DNA of 59,196 nucleotides. It comes from Chitinophagales bacterium (lineage in GTDB: Bacteria > Bacteroidota > Bacteroidia > Chitinophagales > LD1). The DNA lies in the NCBI GenBank assembly GCA_025057415.1, contig JANWXI010000004.1:1-59196 (forward strand), given 5' to 3'. The notes beneath the pieces are model-generated. The model had not been told where the DNA came from and made no database searches. It saw only the letters and a program-made list of their open reading frames with translations. Below, in pieces: positions 50,532 to 59,073 of the stretch (within the stretch, counting starts at the first letter, position 1; each line of letters starts with the position of its first letter). Both the position numbers and the translations under genes were made by a program.

Positions 50532-50562
50532 CAAATATAGTTTTCCTGCACGGAGTTACAAA
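50532..50562 (-). promoter_or_regulatory. Bacteroidota sigma-A promoter upstream of rpsC
   Basis: Minus strand: TTTG (50562-50559), 19-bp spacer, TATATTTG (50539-50532); a canonical match. Confidence 0.75.
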
Positions 50563-50722
50563 CTGTGAACTGTAAATTTTTTAACACACCCCTTCCTGTG
50601 AGGCCAAAACCGGCGAGAACGTGCATAAAATAATACGGACATAATCTCAACAACACTGTGCCAAATCCATACATATACAACACGATAAAACTCCTACAAT
50701 AGATAACATTTTATCGTTTATC

Positions 50723-50863
50723 GGGGGGTGCCCCCCGCAGCAGCGCGCTCGTACCTCGCGCGCTGCTGCGGGGGGCGGGCGTGCTACCGGGTGCGCGTTC
50801 GCTCCCCTGCTCCACACCGTTTCGCACCGCTCCCGGTGGTCGCGCCCTCCGCATCCCTCACCC
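50723..50863 (-). repeat. Structured dispersed repeat, copy 6 (shorter variant lacking the central long hairpin)
   Basis: GGGGGGTGCCCCCC...CGCGCCCTCCGCATCCCTCACCC; 17-bp perfect stem 50731-50775. Confidence 0.9.
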
Positions 50864-51159
50864 GGAAAAAAAAGCGGTTCTTAACGGACAATCGTTTCAG
50901 AAAATCTTAGCCCGTTTTACAGGTGCATAACTGTTGAAACACAAATGTTCATGCAAAATAACGGCTACCTGATTAATTGGCATAACATTGCTAAGTACCT
51001 TTTATTTGGCGCGGATACCCCGGTAGCGCACACACGCTTAACTGCACAAGTCGGAGCGATGTTTTATGAATGATGTTATACGCTGCATCATTCCTCAATC
51101 CACATATGGCTCATAAATTGAGTAATGAGCGGGGGATGATTTGCGATGGTATTTGGCTC

Positions 51160-51522
51160 TCACTCCTTTAATTCCCGCAGCGAAAATTTGGCCGGGCTGG
51201 CGGTGATAGATATGTTGCGGGTACTGCCGTCGCGTTGTATAAAGCTCAGGGTGGCGTTTTCATCGTCAGACCAGTTGATTTTTACAGAGTTACTGTCAAG
51301 GTGCTCGGCATACACCTGCAACCTAAACTCACCTTTGTGTTGGTTGTAAGCATCAATGCTGATGAGGGTTTCAAACGGTTCTAGTATGTTGCTGCGCTCA
51401 CCTGTCACTATGATTTTTACTGCTCCGTTGGCATGGGTAAACTTTACTTTACCCTCTTTTGAGCCGCTGCAGGCATAAAGTGAGAGGAGCGCTGTGTACA
51501 ACATCGTTTTTGTAAAGTTCAT
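51160..51522 (-). CDS. Hypothetical lipoprotein, flanked by inverted repeat copies 6 and 7
   Basis: MNFTKTMLYTALLSLYA-C-SG lipobox; 120 aa. Confidence 0.75.
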   Translation of the reverse strand: MNFTKTMLYTALLSLYACSGSKEGKVKFTHANGAVKIIVTGERSNILEPFETLISIDAYNQHKGEFRLQVYAEHLDSNSVKINWSDDENATLSFIQRDGSTRNISITASPAKFSLRELKE

Positions 51523-51665
51523 TTTGTTGTGATTAATAAAGTAAAGGTATGAAAACACTTTTGTTGTGGTAGGGTTGCAGGAGTTTATTTTTAGTTGATG
51601 GTGTATCAGAAAAATCGGGGGGTGCATTCAGCGGCTTGTTTGTTGGAGGTTTTGTGGAGGTTTTT

Positions 51666-51690
51666 CCGCGCCGCGCGAAGCGCGGCGCGG
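51666..51690. repeat. Perfect 11-bp hairpin with GAA triloop
   Basis: CCGCGCCGCGC-GAA-GCGCGGCGCGG, 150 bp from repeat copy 7. Confidence 0.8.
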
Positions 51691-51840
51691 GAATGTTAAG
51701 GTGAGGCGGGTGTGGTTATTTTCTGTGCGCGCCCGGTGGCATCCCCTTGTCATATTATATTTATTCTTTATACGAATCATTGCCCTGCCAACTCACCTGT
51801 GCTGCTTTGCGCAACACAAGGGCCGCCGGAGCGATTGCTT

Positions 51841-52002
51841 GGGTGAGGGATGCGTAGGGCGCGAGCGCAGCGAAGCGGCCGCGCCTGTACCGTTGAAAAA
51901 CAAACAACGCACGGGCGCGGCGGGAGCGGCAGCGTACCCCGCAGCAAGCCCGACCCCGCTGCTGCGCGTAGCTACGCGAAGCGCAACAGCGGGGGCACCC
52001 CC
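51841..52002 (+). repeat. Structured dispersed repeat, copy 7
   Basis: Near-identical to copies 1 and 3. Confidence 0.95.
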
Positions 52003-52117
52003 AATAATTAAAAAATAAACATATATAAAATATTGTGCATTTATTAACGCGAAACCCGCAATGCGTTTTGCGCTGCGGGGTGAGCGGGGCGCGGGTTGTT
52101 GAAAACTTTTGGGCGAT

Positions 52118-54217
52118 TTACCAATGGAGCAGTTCGTCAATTGCCTGGCGGACGAGTTCGGCATTTGGGAGCATGGCACGTTCTAAATCTTCATTGAGCG
52201 GAATGGCGGGTGTGTTTACGGCTCCGATGATTTTTACCGGTGCATCGAGGTGTGTGAAGTGTGCAGATGCGATGCGACCTGCCAGCGCTTCGGCAAAGGA
52301 GTGTGTGACGGTTTCTTCGGTGATTACGATGACTTTGCCGTGGCGGGTTACGGCTTCGGCTATTGTGGTTTCATCGAGCGGGTTGAGTGAGCGCAGGTCT
52401 ATGATTTCTACGCGGCCGGGGAAATTTTTTGCGGCATTCCACGCCCAGTGCACCCCCATGCCGTAGGTGATGATGCAGAGGGTTTCTCCATTGGCGGTGT
52501 GTTGCGGTGATGCAGCGAGGGCGATGCGCGCTTTGCCGAGGGGTACTACGTAATGTTCGTCCGGCTCGATGGTTTTGGCGTTTTCGGTGCCTTTCACTTT
52601 GCTCCAGTAGAGGCCTTTGTGTTCAAATATCACTACTGGGTTTGGGTCGAGGAAGGCGGCTTTCATCAGTCCTTTCATGTCGGCAGCGTTGCTGGGGTAA
52701 GCTACTTTTACACCTTTAATTTGCAGTACGAAACTTTCAACGGAGGAGGAGTGGTAAGGTCCTCCGCTTCCGTATGCGCCAATGGGTACGCGAATGAGCG
52801 ATTGAATCGGCCATTTGCCGTTGCTCAGGTAACAAGAGCGCGACACTTCGGTAAAAAGTTGGTTGATGCCGGGAAAGATGTAGTCGGCAAACTGTATTTC
52901 TACGATGGGTTTGCAACCCACCGCGCTCATGCCTACTGTGGAACCGATAATGTACGCCTCCATGATGGGCGTGTTGAACACACGCTTATCGCCATATTTT
53001 TTGGCGAGGAGTGCTGCCTCGCGAAACACACCGCCAAGTTCACCACCCACATCCTGCCCGTAGAGCAGTGCCTCGGGGTATTGGCGCAGAATTTCGTCCA
53101 CGGCATGCAGCGCAGCATCTACCATCACTACGGTTTGCCCGCCCTTGGGTTCGCGCTCTCCTTTTTCTTCAGTTACGGGAGTAGGTACAAAGATGTGTTG
53201 CGTAAGTTGCGAAACATCGGGCGAGGGCTGCTGCAGGGCGCGTTCAAAATCGCTGTGCACCTTTTCGCGGGCTTCGCGCTCTATCTCGTCTAACTGATGC
53301 GCAGGGGCGATTTTGCCGTACAACAGATATTTTTTGAACCTGGTGTATGGGTCGCGCATCGCATCGCTCTCTAAGTTTTCTTTAGAGCGGTACCACTCTT
53401 TACGCACACCCGAAGTGTGATGGTTGAGTAAGGGCACTTTGGCGTGCACCAGGTAAGGCGCGCGGTGAGTGCGCACGTAGTTGACTACCCGGCTGAGGGT
53501 TTCGTAACACTCTGCAAAGTCAGTGCCGTCAATGCTTTCTACTTTCAAGCCCTTAAAACCTTTTGCATATTCAGATGCATCCTGCGCGCGTATTTCGCGG
53601 GCGTGAGCGCTGATGTCCCACTCATTATCCTGCACCAGATATATGATAGGATACTGGTGTAACACTGCCATCTGAAATGCCTCGCTCACTTCCCCTTCGG
53701 TAATGGCGCCATCGCCCAGCGAGCACAACACGATAGGGGCTTCGCCCTTTTTGTATTCCGCAAGCGACATTTCCTCTTTGTATCGCAACCCCTGAGCAGC
53801 TCCGGTGGCAGGAATTACCTGCATGCCTGTGGCAGAACTCTGGTGAGGTATTTTGGGACGGTCGGGCAGGGTGCTGGATGGGTGTGCATAATACGTACGC
53901 CCGCCCGAAAAGTAATCGGTGCCTTTTGCCAAAAGCTGCAACATCAAATCATAAGGCGTAAAACCCATGCCTAACAGCATGGCATCATCGCGGTAGTACG
54001 GAAAGGCGTAATCGTAAGGTTTTAACTGAAAAGCCGCTGCTAACTGAATGGCCTCGTGCCCCCGCGAGGTAGCGTGTACGTATTTCTGCGTAATGTCTTT
54101 GCGCGCCTCATATAATTCCGCCATGGCTTTGGCGGTACACATGAGGCGGTAGGCGTGTAGCAAAACGTCGGTGGTGGGCTTCACAGAAGGCAAATAAACG
54201 ATTTGCCGGTAAAACAA
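52118..54217 (-). CDS. 2-oxoacid (branched-chain-type) dehydrogenase E1, fused alpha/beta subunits
   Basis: GHEAIQ, YYRD, GDGAITEGE...DN TPP motif; beta part GQDVG..GGVFR, FNTPI.E, EIQFADY, FEHKGLY. Start uncertain. Confidence 0.93.
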   Translation of the reverse strand: MFYRQIVYLPSVKPTTDVLLHAYRLMCTAKAMAELYEARKDITQKYVHATSRGHEAIQLAAAFQLKPYDYAFPYYRDDAMLLGMGFTPYDLMLQLLAKGTDYFSGGRTYYAHPSSTLPDRPKIPHQSSATGMQVIPATGAAQGLRYKEEMSLAEYKKGEAPIVLCSLGDGAITEGEVSEAFQMAVLHQYPIIYLVQDNEWDISAHAREIRAQDASEYAKGFKGLKVESIDGTDFAECYETLSRVVNYVRTHRAPYLVHAKVPLLNHHTSGVRKEWYRSKENLESDAMRDPYTRFKKYLLYGKIAPAHQLDEIEREAREKVHSDFERALQQPSPDVSQLTQHIFVPTPVTEEKGEREPKGGQTVVMVDAALHAVDEILRQYPEALLYGQDVGGELGGVFREAALLAKKYGDKRVFNTPIMEAYIIGSTVGMSAVGCKPIVEIQFADYIFPGINQLFTEVSRSCYLSNGKWPIQSLIRVPIGAYGSGGPYHSSSVESFVLQIKGVKVAYPSNAADMKGLMKAAFLDPNPVVIFEHKGLYWSKVKGTENAKTIEPDEHYVVPLGKARIALAASPQHTANGETLCIITYGMGVHWAWNAAKNFPGRVEIIDLRSLNPLDETTIAEAVTRHGKVIVITEETVTHSFAEALAGRIASAHFTHLDAPVKIIGAVNTPAIPLNEDLERAMLPNAELVRQAIDELLHW

Positions 54218-54299
54218 AAAACGGCTGCAGATAAATGGAGTATGGATATGTATTAAATAAAATAAATATATAAAATTCCATGCAATCCGCTCCGGCTTT

Positions 54300-54863
54300 T
54301 TAGCGGTTAAAGCGGCTCATGGCGCGCTCTATTCCTTCCAGTACAAAACTCTGGATGGCTTGCACGGCAATGTGTATTTTTTCGTCTAACTGAGCTGCTT
54401 CTTCGCTCGTCCACTTACCGAGTACGTAGTCCACCTGGCGTCCTTTCGGGTAATGGTTTCCGATGCCGAAGCGCAGGCGCGGATATTGCTGATGCCCGAG
54501 GCAGGCATCAATATCTTTTAGGCCGTTGTGCCCGCCATCGCTGCCTTTGCCCCGCAGCCGGATTACGCCAAATGGCAATGCCACATCATCCACTACCACC
54601 AGTAAATTTTCGGGCGGTAGCTGCAATTGCTGCAGCCAGTATTTTACGGCTTTGCCCGATAGGTTCATGTAGGTGGTGGGTTTAATAATGTATATTCCTT
54701 TTCCTTTTAACCGGAGCGTAGCCACCTGGGCGTAGCGGTCGCTGATAAACGGAGCAGAGGCAGTGGTTGCCAGCGCATCCGCAATGCGAAAACCAACGTT
54801 GTGGCGCGTGTGGGTGTATTCGTCACCGATGTTGCCCAATCCGGCTATGAGGTAGTGGGTCAT
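54300..54863 (-). CDS. pth: Peptidyl-tRNA hydrolase
   Basis: GLGN.G..Y..TRHNVGF, KPTTYMNLSG, GGHNGL, RLRFGIG. Confidence 0.98.
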   Translation of the reverse strand: MTHYLIAGLGNIGDEYTHTRHNVGFRIADALATTASAPFISDRYAQVATLRLKGKGIYIIKPTTYMNLSGKAVKYWLQQLQLPPENLLVVVDDVALPFGVIRLRGKGSDGGHNGLKDIDACLGHQQYPRLRFGIGNHYPKGRQVDYVLGKWTSEEAAQLDEKIHIAVQAIQSFVLEGIERAMSRFNR

Positions 54864-54943
54864 GCAGGGCGGCTAAGGTAATCCGGATTTTGAGAATGAG
54901 CGCTACGTATAGGTAAAGTTTGTTTTATTTGCCGCTCGCCATC

Positions 54944-55600
54944 ATGGAATACATTCAGTTTTTTATTGATTTGTTGACCAACACCAAAGAGGTGTTGCTC
55001 GCGCTCTTTCAGCAATACGGTACGTACATATACGCCATACTCTTCCTCATCATATTTGTGGAAACCGGCCTGGTGATTTTTCCGCTTTTGCCGGGCGACT
55101 CGCTCCTGTTTACGGCAGGTTTACTGTGTGCGCAGCCCTCGGGTTTGGATATCTGGTTCCTCATCCCCTTGCTCATTTTCGCGGCAGTGCTGGGCGATAA
55201 CGTGAATTACTTCGTGGGCAAGTATTTCAGTGAAAAGGTGTTGAGTTGGAAAATAAACGGCAAACCCCTCGTAAAACAAGAATGGTTAGACAAAACACAC
55301 GAGTTTTTTGAAAAAAACGGAACCAAAACCATCATACTGGCGCGTTTTGTACCGATTGTGCGCACCGTCACTCCGTTTGTATCGGGCATCGGCAGGATGA
55401 ACTACCGGGTGTTTTTACCTTTCGACATACTGGGCGGTGTAATTTGGGTGGGCAGTATTACTACTATCGGGTACTTTTTGGGGCAAGTTCCCTTTGTGGA
55501 GAAACATCTCGAAAAATTCATTCTCGGCATTGTACTCCTATCGGTAATGCCGATTTTTTGGCAGGCGATAAAGCAGCGTTTAAACGCAAAAAACGCTTAA
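54944..55600 (+). CDS. DedA family membrane protein
   Basis: FVETGL..FPLLPGDSLLF.AG, LGDNVNY, ARFVPIVRT. Confidence 0.95.
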   Translation: MEYIQFFIDLLTNTKEVLLALFQQYGTYIYAILFLIIFVETGLVIFPLLPGDSLLFTAGLLCAQPSGLDIWFLIPLLIFAAVLGDNVNYFVGKYFSEKVLSWKINGKPLVKQEWLDKTHEFFEKNGTKTIILARFVPIVRTVTPFVSGIGRMNYRVFLPFDILGGVIWVGSITTIGYFLGQVPFVEKHLEKFILGIVLLSVMPIFWQAIKQRLNAKNA

Positions 55601-55873
55601 GCACCGTTGTAAAGAATACAAAAGAAAATTTACGGCTTCCTGAACATCTGATGTATCGTTAACTGGAGATGAGCACTCATAACTTTCAGGCGCTGTACCG
55701 ATGAAATTTTGCTGCAAGTCCTGTACATTAGTTATTTATTTCAACGCACAGAACGAAGGATAACATAACCGCAAAAATTCCATAAATCTGCATCGCATTG
55801 TATGTTGCACAATCCGAACATACTTTTACCTCTGCATAGCAACACAACCTAAAACCGCGCTAATTCTCACACC

Positions 55874-56299
55874 ATGGGCAAAAAGAAAATCATCATCATC
55901 AACGGGCCTAATCTTAATTTGTTGGGCAGGCGCGAGCCACACATTTACGGCAACATATCTTTTGATGATTTCTTTGAAGAGCTGAAGGATGTATATGCCG
56001 ATGAGGTACAGTTGAGCTACTTTCAATCAAATGTAGAAGGGGAAATCATCAACAAATTACAGGAAGTGGGTTTCAGTTTTGACGGTATATTGCTTAACGC
56101 CGGCGGTTACACACACACCTCGGTAGCCATTCGCGATGCGGTAGCAGCTATTAAAACGCCGGTGGTGGAAGTACACATAACCAACCCCTACGCCCGCGAG
56201 GAGTTTCGGCATGTGAGTTTACTGAGCGGGGTGTGCAAGGGCATAGTGGCGGGCTTCGGGCTTGAAAGTTACGTACTGGCGCTCGATAGTTTTTTGTAA
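55874..56299 (+). CDS. aroQ: Type II 3-dehydroquinate dehydratase
   Basis: INGPNLNLLGRREP.IYG, QSN.EG, NAGGYTHTS, EVHI.N..AREEFRH. Confidence 0.98.
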   Translation: MGKKKIIIINGPNLNLLGRREPHIYGNISFDDFFEELKDVYADEVQLSYFQSNVEGEIINKLQEVGFSFDGILLNAGGYTHTSVAIRDAVAAIKTPVVEVHITNPYAREEFRHVSLLSGVCKGIVAGFGLESYVLALDSFL

Positions 56300-56315
56300 G
56301 CCACCCTGAAACAGA

Positions 56316-56341
56316 AAGCCGCCTGGCAAAGCAGGCGGCTT
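56316..56341. terminator. Hairpin terminator between convergent aroQ and rplY
   Basis: AAGCCGCCTG-GCAAAG-CAGGCGGCTT. Confidence 0.65.
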
Positions 56342-56363
56342 GGTAAAGTAATGTAGAGTGCGA

Positions 56364-57002
56364 TTATTTCTTTTTCTCTTCGGGTTTCGCAGCAGCAGGA
56401 GCAGGGGCGGCAGGTGCAGCGGCAGCCGGAGCAGCGGCGGCCTCTTCTTTAGCGGCGCGCGGCACACTCACCCGGGCTATCGGATTAGCGCCCGATAACA
56501 GAAAAGTGAGGTTAGGATAAAATGCCTGCAAATCGCGCACGCGGCTGATGGCGCCCAGGTCCATGCCAGATACGTCAAACTCCAGATAACTCACCAGGTC
56601 TTTGGGCAGCGCTACCACCTGCAGGCGTCTTACTACCTGCTCCAGTTTACCCCCTGCCGAGGCGCCCTTGGGGGTGCCTTTCAGGCGCAGCGGAATGCTC
56701 ACCTTTACTTTTACATCTTCGCGCAGTTCCTGAAAATCAGCATGCAGCATGGTGTCTTTCACCGGCTCAAACTGCGTTTCTTTCAAAATAGCGCGGTGTA
56801 CCTGACCATTAAGATGAATTTCCGCCACCCGCAGTTCGGGCGTGTAAATCAGTTTGCGGAATTCGTGCAGCGGAGCGTAAAAGTTGTAATTCTTATCGCC
56901 CCCGTACAAATTGCAAGGAACGTTACCTGCCTTGCGCAGGGCACGCGTAGCCTTTTTGCCTAATTCGGTTCTTGGCGTGCCGTGAAGAATGGTTGTTTCC
57001 AT
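56364..57002 (-). CDS. rplY: 50S ribosomal protein L25 / Ctc
   Basis: GKKATRALR..G.VP.NLYG, HADF, C-terminal Ctc domain and Ala-rich tail. Confidence 0.96.
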   Translation of the reverse strand: METTILHGTPRTELGKKATRALRKAGNVPCNLYGGDKNYNFYAPLHEFRKLIYTPELRVAEIHLNGQVHRAILKETQFEPVKDTMLHADFQELREDVKVKVSIPLRLKGTPKGASAGGKLEQVVRRLQVVALPKDLVSYLEFDVSGMDLGAISRVRDLQAFYPNLTFLLSGANPIARVSVPRAAKEEAAAAPAAAAPAAPAPAAAKPEEKKK

Positions 57003-57050
57003 GATGTTGATGGGTTTTTATGAATAAAAAATTTTATATATAAAATAATT

Positions 57051-57995
57051 TTAAACCGATGGCGTAAGGAAAAGCGAGTTGATGCTTTTGTGTTCGTGCG
57101 TGTTGCGTATGGCCTGTGCAAACAGCTTGGCAACGCTAAGCACCTTAATCTTAGGCGAGTTTTTGGGCGGCAGGGTGTTGGTGACAATCAGCTCACTGAG
57201 TTGACTTTTCTCTACGTTTTCCACAGCTTTACCCGAAAGCACGGCGTGCGTACATATTGCCCGCACACTCCGGGCGCCTTTCTCCATCAGCAGGTTGGCA
57301 GCGCTGCAGAGTGTGCCGCCGGTGTCAATCATATCGTCACACAAAATTACGTTTTTGCCTTCCACGTTGCCGATAAGCGTCATTTCGGCAACTTCGTTCA
57401 CACGCTTGCGGTATTTGTCACATATTACCATGTCGGCATTAAAGTGCTGCGCATAGATGCGCGCGCGCTTCACAGAGCCCACGTCGGGCGAGGCAAAACA
57501 CAAATTGTCTAAGTTGAGTTTCTGAATGTACGGCAAGAAGATGGCAGAGCCGTTCAGGTGGTCCACCGGAATATCAAAAAAGCCCTGAATTTGCCCGGCA
57601 TGCAGGTCCATCGTCATCACGCGGTTAGCGCCCGCAGCGGTGAGCAGGTTAGCGATTAGCTTGGCTGCAATACCCACCCGGGGGCGGTCTTTGCGGTCCT
57701 GCCGGGCATACCCAAAATACGGAATAACTGCCGTAATGTAATCGGCCGATGCCCGTTTGGCTGCGTCAATCATCATGAGCAGCTCCATCAGATTATCGGT
57801 AGGAGCGGGCGTGCTTTGAATAATAAACACAAAGGCCCCGCGCACACTCTCTTTAATCTCGGGTTGAAATTCCCCATCGCTGAAACGAAGTACATCAATT
57901 TGAGCGAGCTGCTGCCCATAAATATCGGCAATGTCTTCGGCCAGGTATCGCGTCAATGTGCCTGTAAATAACTTAACATCGCTGGTGAGCAACAT
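57051..57995 (-). CDS. prs: Ribose-phosphate pyrophosphokinase
   Basis: FSDGE, PYFGYARQDRK, DLHAGQIQGFF, DDMIDTGGT. Start set at MLLTS because a TATATTTG promoter element lies at 58023-58016. Confidence 0.97.
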   Translation of the reverse strand: MLLTSDVKLFTGTLTRYLAEDIADIYGQQLAQIDVLRFSDGEFQPEIKESVRGAFVFIIQSTPAPTDNLMELLMMIDAAKRASADYITAVIPYFGYARQDRKDRPRVGIAAKLIANLLTAAGANRVMTMDLHAGQIQGFFDIPVDHLNGSAIFLPYIQKLNLDNLCFASPDVGSVKRARIYAQHFNADMVICDKYRKRVNEVAEMTLIGNVEGKNVILCDDMIDTGGTLCSAANLLMEKGARSVRAICTHAVLSGKAVENVEKSQLSELIVTNTLPPKNSPKIKVLSVAKLFAQAIRNTHEHKSINSLFLTPSV

Positions 57996-58118
57996 AGCCC
58001 GCAATTTTGGGGGCACAAATATAACCTTATTGTTGAGAACTAATACCCGATTTACAAACCTTTGTCACCTTACAACGCCCGCGATTTAATTTATTTGCCG
58101 CCTGCAACTTCACACCAC

Positions 58119-58997
58119 ATGCTATTACTGGACGGCAAAAAGCTATCCGAAGAGATAAAAGCCGAAATTAAAACTCAAGTAGAGAAACGCCTGCTTACCG
58201 GCAAAAGCGCCCCCCACCTGGCGGCTATACTGGTGGGCAACGATGGAGGCAGCTTAACTTACGTGGGGCACAAAGTAAAGGCGTGCGAGCAGGTAGGGTT
58301 TCGCTCCACATTGTTGCACTTTCAGGAAAACATCACTCAGGATGCGCTCCTGAAGGAAATTGAACGCCTCAATGCCGACAATACCGTGCACGGCTTCATC
58401 GTGCAACTCCCCCTGCCCGCTCACATCGATGCCACCCGCGTTTTGTTGCACATCCACCCTTCCAAAGATGTGGACGGTTTTCACCCCGTAAACGTGGGGC
58501 GCATCACATTGGGCATGCCCGGCTTCGTATCGGCAACTCCTCTCGGCATCACCAGGTTGCTTGAGCGCTACGCCATTCAAACCGCCGGCAAACACTGCGT
58601 CATTATCGGCCGCAGCAACATCGTAGGTCGCCCCCTAAGCATCCTGCTGAGCAGCCAGAGCGCCACCGGCAATGCCACCGTCACCCTTTGCCACTCCCGC
58701 ACCCAAAACCTCGCATCCATCACCCGCCAGGCCGACATCCTCATCGCGGCCCTCGGCAAACCCGAGTTCCTCACTGCCAACATGGTAAAAGAAGGCGCCG
58801 TAGTCATTGACGTAGGCACTACCCGCGTACCCGACCCAAGCGCCAAAACCGGCTGGCGCCTCAAAGGAGACGTAAAATTTGACGAGGTAGCCCCAAAATG
58901 CTCAGCCATCACGCCCGTTCCCGGCGGCGTAGGTCCCATGACCGTCGTATCGCTCCTGCTCAACACCCTGCAGGCAGCGCAGCAAGCCGACCCTTAA
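58119..58997 (+). CDS. folD: Bifunctional methylene-THF dehydrogenase/cyclohydrolase
   Basis: LLDGK, VQLPLP, KDVDGFHP.N, GRSNIVGRP, TPVPGGVGPMT. Confidence 0.98.
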   Translation: MLLLDGKKLSEEIKAEIKTQVEKRLLTGKSAPHLAAILVGNDGGSLTYVGHKVKACEQVGFRSTLLHFQENITQDALLKEIERLNADNTVHGFIVQLPLPAHIDATRVLLHIHPSKDVDGFHPVNVGRITLGMPGFVSATPLGITRLLERYAIQTAGKHCVIIGRSNIVGRPLSILLSSQSATGNATVTLCHSRTQNLASITRQADILIAALGKPEFLTANMVKEGAVVIDVGTTRVPDPSAKTGWRLKGDVKFDEVAPKCSAITPVPGGVGPMTVVSLLLNTLQAAQQADP

Positions 58998-59073
58998 CTC
59001 GCCACCGGTTGCGGTCGCATACCCGCGTACGAAATACATTAACAAAAAATCTTATATGTATTTTCATTTTTCA

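Noticed and set aside
62-52179. Family of similar short ORFs (62-253, 2770-2970, 2795-3124, 12890-13213, 12919-13215, 24196-24448, 36047-36499, 50728-50910, 51701-52018, 51793-52179) sharing peptides such as GEGCVGRERSEAAAPAPLK
   Set aside because: They are translations of the GC-rich repeat. Starts, stops and frames differ between copies and indels are not codon-sized, so they are not a protein family.
21351-53293. Long antisense ORFs (e.g. 21351-21962, 34741-35439, 52553-53293)
   Set aside because: They are shadows of well-identified genes on the opposite strand and have no recognisable motifs.
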